From Christensenellaceae bacterium (GTDB lineage Bacteria; Bacillota; Clostridia; Christensenellales; CAG-138), in contig OY762962.1 in the NCBI GenBank assembly GCA_963667195.1, positions 162,896-226,895 on the forward strand: DNA of 64,000 bases, given 5' to 3'. The stretch's first letter is position 1. Each line of letters starts with the position of its first letter. The notes under the pieces are model-generated. The model saw only the letters and a list, made by a program, of their open reading frames with translations, searched no databases and was not told the DNA's origin. Below, piece by piece: positions 48,917-58,209 of the stretch. A program made the position numbers and the translations under genes.

Positions 48917-49776
48917 TTTCCCAGCGCGCGAAGCTCGCTTTCGTTCTGCCCGGTCTTGCGGTATTCATAGATCTTGGCATCCACCAAAAACCGATACCAG
49001 TAGCTCTCGAAATAGTGGTAGAGGTAGCCTTCTTTTCCGTCCAGAAACCCGAGGCGGAAATAGTAGTTGTAGATAAACCAGAGCCATGCGCGCAGGAACA
49101 TCGGCGCGCGGTAATAGACCGTGAACTTCTTCTTGCGGTGCTGCATGAGCTGCGGATCGGTGTTCGCGTCGAAGCTTGCGCCCTGTTCGAACGCGATGTA
49201 GTCCTGCAGTTCGCGGATGGCATACCAGTTATAGCGGCTGATATAGCTCGTCAAATCCTTAAAATCATAGTGCAGATAGCGTTCCTTGATCGCAACCGTG
49301 CGCCCTTCGAGCAGGATAGTGTGCGCGTCGCGCTTGCGGTCTTCGATTCTGCCCTTGCCGGTTTTGAAGAGCATGATCTTGCGCTTTTTGCTGCCGCCGT
49401 GCTTCATCTGCCGACCGAGGAAGAAGAAGTCGCTCTCCATGACGATGCCGTTGACGTCGTCCTCCGCGTGTTCCGCGAGGAGGGATTCACAGTGCGCGCA
49501 AACCTCCGGGGTAAAGCGCTCGTCCGCGTCCAACCGCAGCGTCCAGCGCGTGGTGATGTTTGCGTTGTCTACGCCCCAGTTGTACTGCGCGGCGTAATAG
49601 GTAAACGGGTGCTCGAAGATATCCGCGCCGTGTTCGCGCGCAATCTCCAGCGTGCGATCCGTGCTGCCGCTGTCGAGCACAATCACGCGGCTGCAAAATC
49701 CGGCGACGGACTCAAGGCACGCGCCGATATTCTTTTCCTCATTGAGGGTCAGTATAATCGCAGTTACATCCGCCAT
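48913..49776 (-). CDS. Glycosyltransferase family 2, first gene of the polysaccharide operon
   Basis: ILTLNEE, DSGSTDRT, LDADE, GFLDGKEG. Confidence 0.92.
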   Translation of the reverse strand: MADVTAIILTLNEEKNIGACLESVAGFCSRVIVLDSGSTDRTLEIAREHGADIFEHPFTYYAAQYNWGVDNANITTRWTLRLDADERFTPEVCAHCESLLAEHAEDDVNGIVMESDFFFLGRQMKHGGSKKRKIMLFKTGKGRIEDRKRDAHTILLEGRTVAIKERYLHYDFKDLTSYISRYNWYAIRELQDYIAFEQGASFDANTDPQLMQHRKKKFTVYYRAPMFLRAWLWFIYNYYFRLGFLDGKEGYLYHYFESYWYRFLVDAKIYEYRKTGQNESELRALGK

Positions 49777-49858
49777 CTGGCGCAGTTCCTTTCCAGAAAG
49801 AGCGTATCTGTTGTTGAGGGTACACTTTCCCCTATACTCCACTCCATGATACCACCGT

Positions 49859-49887
49859 AGTTTACCATTTGGCAGGGGGTCTGTCAA
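49859..49887 (-). promoter_or_regulatory. Promoter of the polysaccharide operon
   Basis: TTGACA-17 bp-TAAACT with TG extension. Confidence 0.75.
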
Positions 49888-49989
49888 ACGCAGCGCGTGC
49901 GCACGAAGTGGTTTGCGGCGGTGATTTTGCGCGCAGGAAACGCCCGTTATACGTTGTCAAACCGTCCGCTTTGTGCTAGACTAGCGCTC

Positions 49990-50703
49990 ATGAAACAGCA
50001 AAACACGCCTTATTTTATTCAGGACAAGCTGGCCAACTTCGACGTGTTGGAAGCCTCCCTGATGCCAAATGTGAGAAAACTTTCCGAAAACGAGCGCGGC
50101 GTATTATATGAATACGACAACCTCTATTTTCTCGCCTGCGAGCCGGAGCACGCGGAGTCGTTCTTTCCGCTGATCACCGAAGGGTTGACGCACGATTGCG
50201 GGCGGCTCGTGGTGCTGCGCGGCGCGAACGCGAGGAACGCGCTGGAGCAGCTCGGTTTTCGCACGCAGATGGAGTGTTACAACGCGGTGTACCTCTCGAA
50301 GGAGCCGATTGCGTATACGCTGCCGGAAGGCGCGGAGATCCGTAAGCTCGATGGAAGCTATGTCGATTTCGTCCATGCGCACTATCACATGGTGGACGAC
50401 ATCCGCTATATCCGAGACCGGATCGAGGCGGGCATGTTTGGCGTGTTTCTCAAGGGAGAGATCGTGGGCTTTGCCGGCACGCACGAAGAACGCTCGATGG
50501 GGCTTCTCGAAATTCTGCCGGAGTACCGCAGGCTTGGCCTAGCTTACGCTCTGGAAGCACACCTGATCAACTACCTGCTCTCTCAGGGGCGCGTTCCGTT
50601 TTGTCAGGTGGCGATCGTCAACGAAGCTTCGATCCGCCTGCAACAGAAGCTGGGACTTGTGATTTCAGATCAAGTGGTATATTGGCTGGGTTATCACGGC
50701 TAA
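49990..50703 (+). CDS. GNAT family acetyltransferase (FR47-like C-terminus)
   Basis: LEILPEYRRLGLA, NEASIRL..KLG; ATG 7 nt after a -10 hexamer. Confidence 0.85.
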   Translation: MKQQNTPYFIQDKLANFDVLEASLMPNVRKLSENERGVLYEYDNLYFLACEPEHAESFFPLITEGLTHDCGRLVVLRGANARNALEQLGFRTQMECYNAVYLSKEPIAYTLPEGAEIRKLDGSYVDFVHAHYHMVDDIRYIRDRIEAGMFGVFLKGEIVGFAGTHEERSMGLLEILPEYRRLGLAYALEAHLINYLLSQGRVPFCQVAIVNEASIRLQQKLGLVISDQVVYWLGYHG

Positions 50704-50720
50704 ATCGAATCGATGATATG

Positions 50721-50758
50721 AAAGCAGGACGAGGGCAATCCCCCGTCCTGTTTTTTTT
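50721..50758. terminator. Terminator
   Basis: CAGGACG...CGTCCTG followed by T8. Confidence 0.75.
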
Positions 50759-50771
50759 GCATTGATACAAG

Positions 50772-51770
50772 CTACTTTTTGATGTTGCTTTCTTTTTGAA
50801 TATAGATCGGGCGCTGCTTCACCTGCATGTAGGTGCGCGCAACGTATTCGCCGATGATGCCGAGCGCGAGCAGGATGAAACCGCCGAGGGTCAACATGAT
50901 TGCCAGCAGCGAAGGATAGCCCGCAACCGGGTTGCCCCAGATCATCGCGATGACCACGCGAATGACCATGTATAGCAGCGACAGCACCGAGATCACGCTG
51001 CCCGCCGCGGTTGCCATCTTGAGCGGAGCCGTGGAAAACGACACGATGCCTTCGATTGCATATTTCGTCAGCTTCCAGAACGACCACTTGGTTTCGCCGG
51101 CGACGCGCTCGATGTTTTCATACTCCAGCCAGACCGTATCGAAGCCGACCCACATGAAGATGCCTTTGGAGAAACGGTGATATTCCGGCAGCTCCAGCAC
51201 CGCGTCCACGACGCATCTGCGCATCATGCGAAAATCCCGCGCGCCGTCTACAAACTCCGTGTCCGAGATGCGGTTGATGATTCGATAAAACGCGCGCGCA
51301 AACGCGCTGCGGATCTTCGGCTCGCCTTTTCTCGTCACCCTGCGCGTAGCGACGCAGTCGCAATCGTCCTGAGCAAGCCGCGCCAGCATGGTTTCGATCA
51401 TCTCCGGCGGATCCTGCAGGTCGCAATCCATCACGCAGACGAAATCGCCCTTCGCGTTCTTGAGTCCCGCGTACATCGCCGCCTCTTTGCCGAAGTTGCG
51501 GGAGAACGAGAGGTACTTGATGCGCTCGTCCTTCTTGGCAAGTTCGCGGATGATCGGCAGTGTTTTGTCCTTTGATCCGTCGTTGACCAGAATCAGCTCG
51601 AAGTCATAGTCACTTAGGCGTGAAAACACGATCTTCTGCATCGCGTCTTCATACAGCGGCAGCATGGCCTCTTCGTTATAGCAGGGGCATACTATGGAGA
51701 CCAGCGGCTTTTGCGCCGTGTTTCGGGATTCGCCGGGGATGTCACGCGAAACGAGCTCTTCCTGTTGCAT
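50772..51770 (-). CDS. Polyprenol-phosphate glycosyltransferase (GtrB/CsbB-like GT2)
   Basis: PCYNEE, VNDGSKD, SRNFGKEAA, DCDLQDPP, DFR, two C-terminal TMs, RPIY. Confidence 0.92.
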   Translation of the reverse strand: MQQEELVSRDIPGESRNTAQKPLVSIVCPCYNEEAMLPLYEDAMQKIVFSRLSDYDFELILVNDGSKDKTLPIIRELAKKDERIKYLSFSRNFGKEAAMYAGLKNAKGDFVCVMDCDLQDPPEMIETMLARLAQDDCDCVATRRVTRKGEPKIRSAFARAFYRIINRISDTEFVDGARDFRMMRRCVVDAVLELPEYHRFSKGIFMWVGFDTVWLEYENIERVAGETKWSFWKLTKYAIEGIVSFSTAPLKMATAAGSVISVLSLLYMVIRVVIAMIWGNPVAGYPSLLAIMLTLGGFILLALGIIGEYVARTYMQVKQRPIYIQKESNIKK

Positions 51771-51791
51771 GCTCTCCTCCATCCGTTTATG

Positions 51792-52214
51792 TTACTTGTT
51801 CAGGATCGGAACGCCGCTGATCAGCATGAACAACAGCTTAGCCAACAGCCAAACGCCGAGCGCGATCATCATCCAGACGCGCGCTTTTTGCACGGTGCGC
51901 TTGACGCGCTTTTCCACCAATCTCGGCCCGAACAGCGCGAGCAGTGCCGCAGCGATGGTGCCGTACATTCCGATGGAGGGATAGCTGCTCAGCTCCGTGA
52001 GCAAATATCCGCATGCGGCACCCGTTACAGCGCCGCCGATGGTTTGGTACAGGTTCCATTTTGATTCGGGCAGATCCCGAACCTTGGTCTGTAAATCATC
52101 CAGCTCTTCCGGCGGCTGATGCTCCGCATTGTTTGGCTGAAGCTTTGCTTCCGGTTCTGTCTCCGGTTTGGTTTCCGGATTGGTTTCTGGGTTGCGCGTT
52201 TCGTTCTGTTCCAA
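51792..52214 (-). CDS. Hypothetical membrane protein with N-terminal xPET repeats
   Basis: TTG start after GGAGG at the mscL end; NPET-NPET-KPET-EPEA repeat; three hydrophobic segments. Confidence 0.65.
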   Translation of the reverse strand: MEQNETRNPETNPETKPETEPEAKLQPNNAEHQPPEELDDLQTKVRDLPESKWNLYQTIGGAVTGAACGYLLTELSSYPSIGMYGTIAAALLALFGPRLVEKRVKRTVQKARVWMMIALGVWLLAKLLFMLISGVPILNK

Positions 52215-52215
52215 T

Positions 52216-52635
52216 TTACTTGACCTCCGATGTGCAGTATGGGCAACGGGTCGCGTCGATGGCGATGGTGCTCTTGCAATATGGGCAGGTCTTCTCGGTG
52301 GGTGCGGCTGCCGCAACTTCGCCTTTTTTCAGCTTGCCGCCGAGTTCACGCGTCGCGCTGATGGCCTTGATGAGCAGGAACAGCACGATTGCCATGAGCA
52401 GGAAGTTGATGATCGCCGTTAAAAACGAGCCGTACTTGATCGTAACGCCGCCGATCTGCCAGACGAGATCGGTGAAGTTGGTGTCCGCGACGAGGCCGAT
52501 GAGCGGAGAAATGATGTCTCCAACCAGAGAATCGACGATGCCTTTGAACGCAGCGCCGATGATCACGCCGACGGCGAGATCCAGTACGCTGCCCTTGGCG
52601 ATGAATGCTTTAAATTCCGAAAAGAGCTTCTTCAT
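52216..52635 (-). CDS. mscL: Large-conductance mechanosensitive channel with C-terminal zinc-ribbon motif
   Basis: EFKAFIAKGSVLDLAVGVIIGAAF, YGSFL..IINF, CPYC...CPYC tail. Confidence 0.95.
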   Translation of the reverse strand: MKKLFSEFKAFIAKGSVLDLAVGVIIGAAFKGIVDSLVGDIISPLIGLVADTNFTDLVWQIGGVTIKYGSFLTAIINFLLMAIVLFLLIKAISATRELGGKLKKGEVAAAAPTEKTCPYCKSTIAIDATRCPYCTSEVK

Positions 52636-52800
52636 ATGGTTGTCCCCTTCGATTGCATTTGAAATGAAAAGATGTATTTCCTGATGAGTATATCATTTTA
52701 CGCAATGGGATTCAATCGCCGCGCACCAAGCCCGGTTCTGATCGGCAAAGCGAATTGATTCTGCAAAGCATGTGTAGTCAAAAATTCGGCATGCTTCCGC

Positions 52801-52829
52801 TTGCAATGGCACACTACCTATGCTAGAAT
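52801..52829 (+). promoter_or_regulatory. tRNA promoter
   Basis: TTGCAA-17 bp-TAGAAT with TG extension. Confidence 0.75.
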
Positions 52830-52839
52830 ATTTCTCTGA

Positions 52840-52926
52840 GCCGGTGTGATGGAATTGGCAGACGTGACGGACTCAAAATCCGTTGGTAGCGATACCGTGT
52901 CGGTTCGAGTCCGACCACCGGCACCA
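52840..52926 (+). tRNA. tRNA-Leu (anticodon CAA)
   Basis: GCCGGTG/CACCGGC acceptor stem, ACGGA-CTCAAAA-TCCGT anticodon arm, long variable arm, GTTCGAGT T-loop, encoded CCA. Confidence 0.97.
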
Positions 52927-52963
52927 AAGAGGTAGATGCAGTTTTGTGTCTACCTCTTTGGTT
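52924..52963. terminator. Terminator after the tRNA
   Basis: CCAAAGAGGTAGA...TCTACCTCTTTGG 13-bp stem. Confidence 0.8.
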
Positions 52964-53051
52964 TATATTTAATCAAAACGCATGAAATGACCATAGTTGA
53001 TGAACACAAAAACGGCGAGAGCATCTCTGCTTTCGCCGTTTGTTTCTCTCG

Positions 53052-54686
53052 TTATGGTGTTCCTGCCAATGGCGTGGGTGTGTCGGATGGTATCGGTGTC
53101 GGCGTGGGCTGAGTGCCGACCAGCCTCCGCCCGGGGTTGCCCGGGTACACACTTTCTCCGAAGAAGATCGGTTCCACGACCTGGCCATTCACATAGTGGT
53201 CGATAAAGACGTCCACCACATACTTGGAACGCGGCGGGGCTTGTACCAAATCATCACCAATAAAGCGCTTGTTCGTTTCTGTGATGATCTCCTCGGCCGG
53301 CGGCTCTTCGGAAACCAGCACCACGCGGGTTTTGTATTCTTCTCCTTCCGGCAGCGCCTGTCCGTAGATGACCACGGTGAGGTCGCGCTTACGGCTGGTA
53401 TACATCTTGTTCTTCGACACATAAGCGCAGATATATACACTGTAGCCCGAGTTATTGGTGAACTTGAAGTCGATATGTCCGCTGTCGACCGTCGCATCCA
53501 GTCCCTTTTCAACGTAAGTCGAGGGGAATGAGTGTTCCTCTCGTTTAAAGGTAAAATACGGATATGCGTCCAGCAACGCATTGAAAAGCGTGGTGCTGAC
53601 TTGGCAAACACCACCGCCGTACTGCTTTGTGAGCGTATCGCCGCCGAAGATACCGTTTGCTTCCTTCCAGCCGTTTTGCTCGTTACGGTCGCCTACCGTA
53701 TCGTTAAAGCTCCATGTTTCGCCGGGCATCACGACCTGACCGTTGATCATGGCAACCGCTTTTTCAACATTAAATGCGCGGTTCGGAATCAGGAATGTGC
53801 GCGCTTCGTCCGTGTCCTCTGCGGTGCCTTTGAAGGCATAAGTCGTCGTGCAGCTGCCGATTTTGGCGGTGTGCGCCTTGACTTCCTCAAGCGTTTGTGT
53901 TGGCTGAACGGTCGTCAACGTCGGCGAGAGCGTGGTTTGCAGCTGTCCGGATTCGATCGTCTGCTTGATCAGCGCGACGGTGGATGTCACGTCCAGACCG
54001 AAGCCCGCCTTGCCTTCGGTATACTGCGGGCTGGAGGATTTCGAGAAATCCAGCACGACAGCGGGTTCCACAGGCGGCTGGCTCGATGTTTGATTGATTG
54101 CGTTGATGCGGTTGGTCAGCGCGGCTTCGTCGATGGAAATCGCCGTGTAGTACACCTGATTCGGGCCGCCGGAGAGCGCCTGCTCGATGACAGCGTTGAG
54201 GTTGGAGCTCGCGTTCATGTCCGCGCCGATGATGGTCGCGTTGATTTGCTCGCTTGACAGCGTAATTGCGATATTGCTCAGCGCGTAGGACTCGTTGGAC
54301 TCCAGCTGCGGGCGCACTTCGTCCACCGTTTTGTCCGAAAGATCCATGCCGTTGATGTAGACGCCGCTGTGGAACTTGCCCGTCGCCGGATCGACCTCGA
54401 CCGGGTCCGCGCAACTCTTGACCAGCACCACGACCGCAACGACGAGGAGCGCAAGAAGCACAATGCTTCCAATCCCCAGAATCAGCTTGCGTTTGCGCGC
54501 GCGTGCGCGGCGGCTGCTTGGCCGCTTTCCGCCCGCGGAACCGCCGCTGCTGCGATTCGGTGTTTGCATATACTCCACGCTTCTGCCGGAGGAGTTCCCC
54601 GCGCGCGAAGAAGGGCGTTCGGAAGACCCGCCGCTCTTGGAGGATGATTTTGTTGTATCAGGTAAACCCGAGTATTTCTCATACAT
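53052..54686 (-). CDS. VanW family protein (TM anchor, YoaR-like)
   Basis: NRAFNV, SFNDTVG.R, GGGVCQVSTTLFNA, HS, GLDATV, DFKFTN. Confidence 0.88.
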   Translation of the reverse strand: MYEKYSGLPDTTKSSSKSGGSSERPSSRAGNSSGRSVEYMQTPNRSSGGSAGGKRPSSRRARARKRKLILGIGSIVLLALLVVAVVVLVKSCADPVEVDPATGKFHSGVYINGMDLSDKTVDEVRPQLESNESYALSNIAITLSSEQINATIIGADMNASSNLNAVIEQALSGGPNQVYYTAISIDEAALTNRINAINQTSSQPPVEPAVVLDFSKSSSPQYTEGKAGFGLDVTSTVALIKQTIESGQLQTTLSPTLTTVQPTQTLEEVKAHTAKIGSCTTTYAFKGTAEDTDEARTFLIPNRAFNVEKAVAMINGQVVMPGETWSFNDTVGDRNEQNGWKEANGIFGGDTLTKQYGGGVCQVSTTLFNALLDAYPYFTFKREEHSFPSTYVEKGLDATVDSGHIDFKFTNNSGYSVYICAYVSKNKMYTSRKRDLTVVIYGQALPEGEEYKTRVVLVSEEPPAEEIITETNKRFIGDDLVQAPPRSKYVVDVFIDHYVNGQVVEPIFFGESVYPGNPGRRLVGTQPTPTPIPSDTPTPLAGTP

Positions 54687-54948
54687 AGTGATCCTTTGCG
54701 GTTGTTCGTCGTGCATTCGCGGAAACGCGAATCAAACTTCATTTATTATATTCGTTTGAATTTGTAAAAACAATCAAATTAATCATAGGAATTGTGTCCG
54801 GCATTGATCCGTTTCCGAAGCGTTTTCTGGCTCTGACGTTACATTTTTTCGCTATGTTCGCCGCATTCTCAGAATCATAGATTGCTTCTGTTCGCTCAAA
54901 TGATACACTTATACAAGTCAACAACCAACAGAGCAAGGTGGTGCAAAC

Positions 54949-55833
54949 ATGGTTCAAGCGGAATTTGGTGCGTTCCTGTCCCAACTTCGCAAGGAAAAAG
55001 AATTGACGCAAAAGCAGCTCGCCGAGGCGCTGTTTGTCTCGGACAAAGCTGTTTCGCGCTGGGAATGCGGAAACGGCTATCCTGACATCAGCCAACTTCA
55101 GCCGCTCGCTGAAGTGCTTGGCGTGAGCCTTGCGGAGCTGCTCAACGCAAAGCGCATGGATGAACCCGCCAGCATCGCGGTGGCAAACGACGCGATCCAG
55201 TCGGCACTGAATTATTCGGAAAAGAAAATCCAGAGTACACGAATGACATTCCGGTTGAAACTCCTGCTTGTCTTGATTGGCATCGCGATATTGCTCAACC
55301 TTCACTTTGGTACTGTGTTGGATAGAATTGTATTTGGAACAAGATATCACTTCGCTGAACTGTTTGAAATCTTTTATTTTTCTCGTTTTTGGATGGCGTT
55401 CGTTGCACTCGCGTTCGTAGGTGCTGCTTGCTTGTATCCGCAAAAACGTGCTTATTCCTGGTTGTCACTCGCTGGGTGCATTGCTTCAGTTGCATCAACA
55501 CTTGTGCAAATCATCAGTTGGCACATCACGCATTTCGGCGAACGTATCCTACTCATCACTTTCATATGTTTCGCGCTATATCTTCTTTCAACCGTTATAC
55601 TGGTGATCGCCTTGTTCCGATATCGAAAATCTGCGGCTGGTCAAATGCAAATACTGCTGTATGCGGCTTCGATTTGCGTTCTGGTTTCCGTCCTTATCCC
55701 GATGGTAAGTTTGAATTATTACCCGCTCTATCAATCCATCCTAACGAGCTTCTCGCTTGCCAGTCCCATGCTGCTACTGGCCGTGTTCCTCCGAATTCAA
55801 TCGCCCGCGCAAACGCGAAAGCCGTGTGAATAG
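54949..55833 (+). CDS. XRE-family HTH regulator with C-terminal membrane domain
   Basis: LRKEKELTQKQLAEALFVSDKAVSRWECG.GYPD, followed by about 6 TMs. Confidence 0.88.
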   Translation: MVQAEFGAFLSQLRKEKELTQKQLAEALFVSDKAVSRWECGNGYPDISQLQPLAEVLGVSLAELLNAKRMDEPASIAVANDAIQSALNYSEKKIQSTRMTFRLKLLLVLIGIAILLNLHFGTVLDRIVFGTRYHFAELFEIFYFSRFWMAFVALAFVGAACLYPQKRAYSWLSLAGCIASVASTLVQIISWHITHFGERILLITFICFALYLLSTVILVIALFRYRKSAAGQMQILLYAASICVLVSVLIPMVSLNYYPLYQSILTSFSLASPMLLLAVFLRIQSPAQTRKPCE

Positions 55834-55973
55834 CGGAGCTTCTCTTTGCGAGTGAAATCGAATTGCATGCGATGTTTTCGGTGGGAATTTCCATATAGCT
55901 CTGCTATAATCAATCTTGGCTCAATGCAAACAACTCCGCGAATTCGGTTTTTGTTTTATAGGAGAGGACGATC

Positions 55974-56621
55974 ATGAACCAAAACGTTATCATTCGTAAC
56001 GAAACCCCGGCCGATTACGACGCGGTCGAGAAAATGACCCGCGCCGCGTTTTATAATCTCTACGTTCCCGGCTGCAACGAGCACTATCTGGTGCACACGA
56101 TGCGCCCGCATCCGGACTTCATACCGGAGCTGGACTTTGTTCTGGAGCTGGACGGCAAGATCATCGGAAGCATTATGTATACGAAGACGCGGCTTATCGA
56201 CGACGCGGGCGAGGAGAAAAACATCCTCACCTTCGGGCCGGTCTGCATCGCGCTGGAGCATCAGCGGGTGGGATACGGCAAGCAACTCATGGAATACTCC
56301 TTTGCGCGGGCGCTTGCGCTTGGCTACGACACCATCGTGATCTTCGGAAACCCCAACAACTATGTCAGCCGCGGATTCATCAGCTGCAAGAAGCGCAATA
56401 TCTCGCTTTCAAACGGCGTCTGCCCTTCCGCGATGATGGTCAAGGAGCTCAAGCCGGATGCGCTGGACGGCAGGCACTGGGTGTATCGCCAGAGCGCCGT
56501 ATTTGACGACCTCGACGAAGCCGCCGCGGAGCGCTATGACGAAACGTTGGAGCCGATGGAAAAGAGATTCCTACCGAGTCAGGAGGAATTCTATATCTCC
56601 GTGCACTCGATCGTGCAATAG
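55974..56621 (+). CDS. GNAT family N-acetyltransferase (YhbS-like)
   Basis: IRNE, EHYLVH, FGPV, QRVGYGKQL, GNP.NY...GF; RBS GAGGA. Confidence 0.88.
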   Translation: MNQNVIIRNETPADYDAVEKMTRAAFYNLYVPGCNEHYLVHTMRPHPDFIPELDFVLELDGKIIGSIMYTKTRLIDDAGEEKNILTFGPVCIALEHQRVGYGKQLMEYSFARALALGYDTIVIFGNPNNYVSRGFISCKKRNISLSNGVCPSAMMVKELKPDALDGRHWVYRQSAVFDDLDEAAAERYDETLEPMEKRFLPSQEEFYISVHSIVQ

Positions 56622-56664
56622 CGCGCTAACTCGCAACGAACCAAATCGAAAGGAACCAACCCAG

Positions 56665-57081
56665 TTGAGCATTCGTCAATCGTTTGAAGTTCCCGCGCCG
56701 GAGGATTACCTGAGCCTTCGGCAGCGCTCCGGCATGGGCGAAAAAGATCGAACCCGAAGCGAAACCGCGCTGAACAACTCGCTCTTCACCGTGTCCATCT
56801 ATGACGGCGACACGCTGATCGCCTTTGGCAGAATCGTCGGCGACGGCGGCATCACCTATGTCGTGAGCGATATCATGGTGGACGCAACCTACCAGCGCAA
56901 GGGCTATGGCGAGCGCGTGATGCAGGCCATCGACCGCTACTTTGACGAACACGCGCATGAGGACAGCTATATCGTTCTCATCGCGAACCGGCCCGCTGAT
57001 CGGCTGTATCACAAGCATCGCTTTACGTATCTACCGGAGAACAAGTGCGGCATGCTGCGGGATCAACGCAAAGAAAAGTAA
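56665..57081 (+). CDS. GNAT family N-acetyltransferase
   Basis: GRIVGDG, DIMV...YQRKGYG; TTG start inferred after AAGGA. Confidence 0.82.
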   Translation: MSIRQSFEVPAPEDYLSLRQRSGMGEKDRTRSETALNNSLFTVSIYDGDTLIAFGRIVGDGGITYVVSDIMVDATYQRKGYGERVMQAIDRYFDEHAHEDSYIVLIANRPADRLYHKHRFTYLPENKCGMLRDQRKEK

Positions 57082-57097
57082 CTTCCTCCAAATATAG

Positions 57098-57134
57098 AAA
57101 AAAAATGGGCTGTCCATTCTGACAGCCCATTTTT
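57098..57134. terminator. Bidirectional terminator
   Basis: AAAAATGGGCTGTC...GACAGCCCATTTTT. Confidence 0.85.
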
Positions 57135-57191
57135 GATACAACTTGCGCGATCACGAAACGGCAAATTGCCGGTTCGTTCGTAAATCACTTC

Positions 57192-57443
57192 TTATTTCCT
57201 GCCGATAATCAAGCGGCTGATGAGGATCAGCAGACACGCGCCGCCGAGTGCGATGAAGAAGCCGCCGATTGACCACACGTCGCCGGAGCCGATGCCCGCG
57301 TAGTCCGCAAGCCAGCCGCCGACCACTGCGCCCGCGATGCCAACGATAATATTGCGGATCAATCCGCCCTTGCCGTGCATGATTTTGCTGGCAAGCCAGC
57401 CGATGATGGCGCCGATGAGCAACCAACCCAGAAAATTCCACAT
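57192..57443 (-). CDS. GlsB/YeaQ/YmgE family membrane protein
   Basis: WLLIGAIIGWLASKIM, NIIVGIAGAVVGG, GACLLI; RBS GGAGG. Confidence 0.9.
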   Translation of the reverse strand: MWNFLGWLLIGAIIGWLASKIMHGKGGLIRNIIVGIAGAVVGGWLADYAGIGSGDVWSIGGFFIALGGACLLILISRLIIGRK

Positions 57444-57497
57444 AAACCTGTTCCTCCTAATCGTTTTATTCTGATATCATTCGCGAATCTCTTCGCG

Positions 57498-58058
57498 TTA
57501 TTCCGTCTTGTCCGGGTTTGAATCCGCGGCCTTTGCCTCGCTTTGCGTCTTCTTCTTGAAGAACACGCGAAAGAGCACGTTTGCCACCGCCGCGATCACG
57601 GGGCCCAATATCATACCCGCTCCACCGAAGAGGATTAGTCCGCCGACGGATGCCAACAATGTAATCCACGGAGAGAGGCCTACGCTCTTTCCCGTGATGA
57701 TCGGGTCGAGAATCATTCGCAGCACGACCATCGTGATGTACGTTGCCCCGACCATGATCGCCATATGCGGGTTTTTCGCGATGAGCGCGATGATCGCCCA
57801 CGGCACAAACACGATGCCGGAGCCGATGACGGGCAATAGATCAAGCAGGCTGATCGCAACCGCTACCAGCGGAGACCACCAACCGAGGCCAGCTACGATC
57901 ATGCCGATTGTGATCACCACAAAGTTGACGCCAAAGAGGATGAGCTGCGCCTTGCCAAAACCCAACGCGGTGTGGCCGAGCTCCTTGAGCGCGGCAAGTG
58001 CCCGCGCGCCTTTGGACTCCTGCTTCTGATTTTGTTTTTCTTCCGGTTTCATTTCCAT
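57498..58058 (-). CDS. Short AI-2E/YtvI-like membrane protein
   Basis: KAQL, DLLPVIGSG..FVPW, DPIITGKSVGLSP, GMILGP. Confidence 0.8.
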   Translation of the reverse strand: MEMKPEEKQNQKQESKGARALAALKELGHTALGFGKAQLILFGVNFVVITIGMIVAGLGWWSPLVAVAISLLDLLPVIGSGIVFVPWAIIALIAKNPHMAIMVGATYITMVVLRMILDPIITGKSVGLSPWITLLASVGGLILFGGAGMILGPVIAAVANVLFRVFFKKKTQSEAKAADSNPDKTE

Positions 58059-58169
58059 AGCATGATTATAACGAATGATCTCTTTTGGCACAATGTAAAT
58101 GTGTAAGTTCATCACATTGATCCAACAGATTTCATTAATAAATAACCGCGAATATTAAGAATCACAATC

Positions 58170-58195
58170 AAAAAGAGGAGGCGAACCTCCTCTTT
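58170..58195 (-). terminator. Terminator after the ABC permease
   Basis: AAAGAGGAGG...CCTCCTCTTT stem with a T-tract on the minus strand. Confidence 0.8.
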
Positions 58196-58209
58196 GTGTG
58201 TTGTTGCGT

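Noticed and set aside
52660-52700. CTGATGAG near GAAA, resembling a hammerhead ribozyme core
   Set aside because: The three required stems cannot be formed.
52840-53050. tRNA-Leu as a possible integration site
   Set aside because: I saw no integrase and no duplicated tRNA 3' end; the flanking genes look like core genes.
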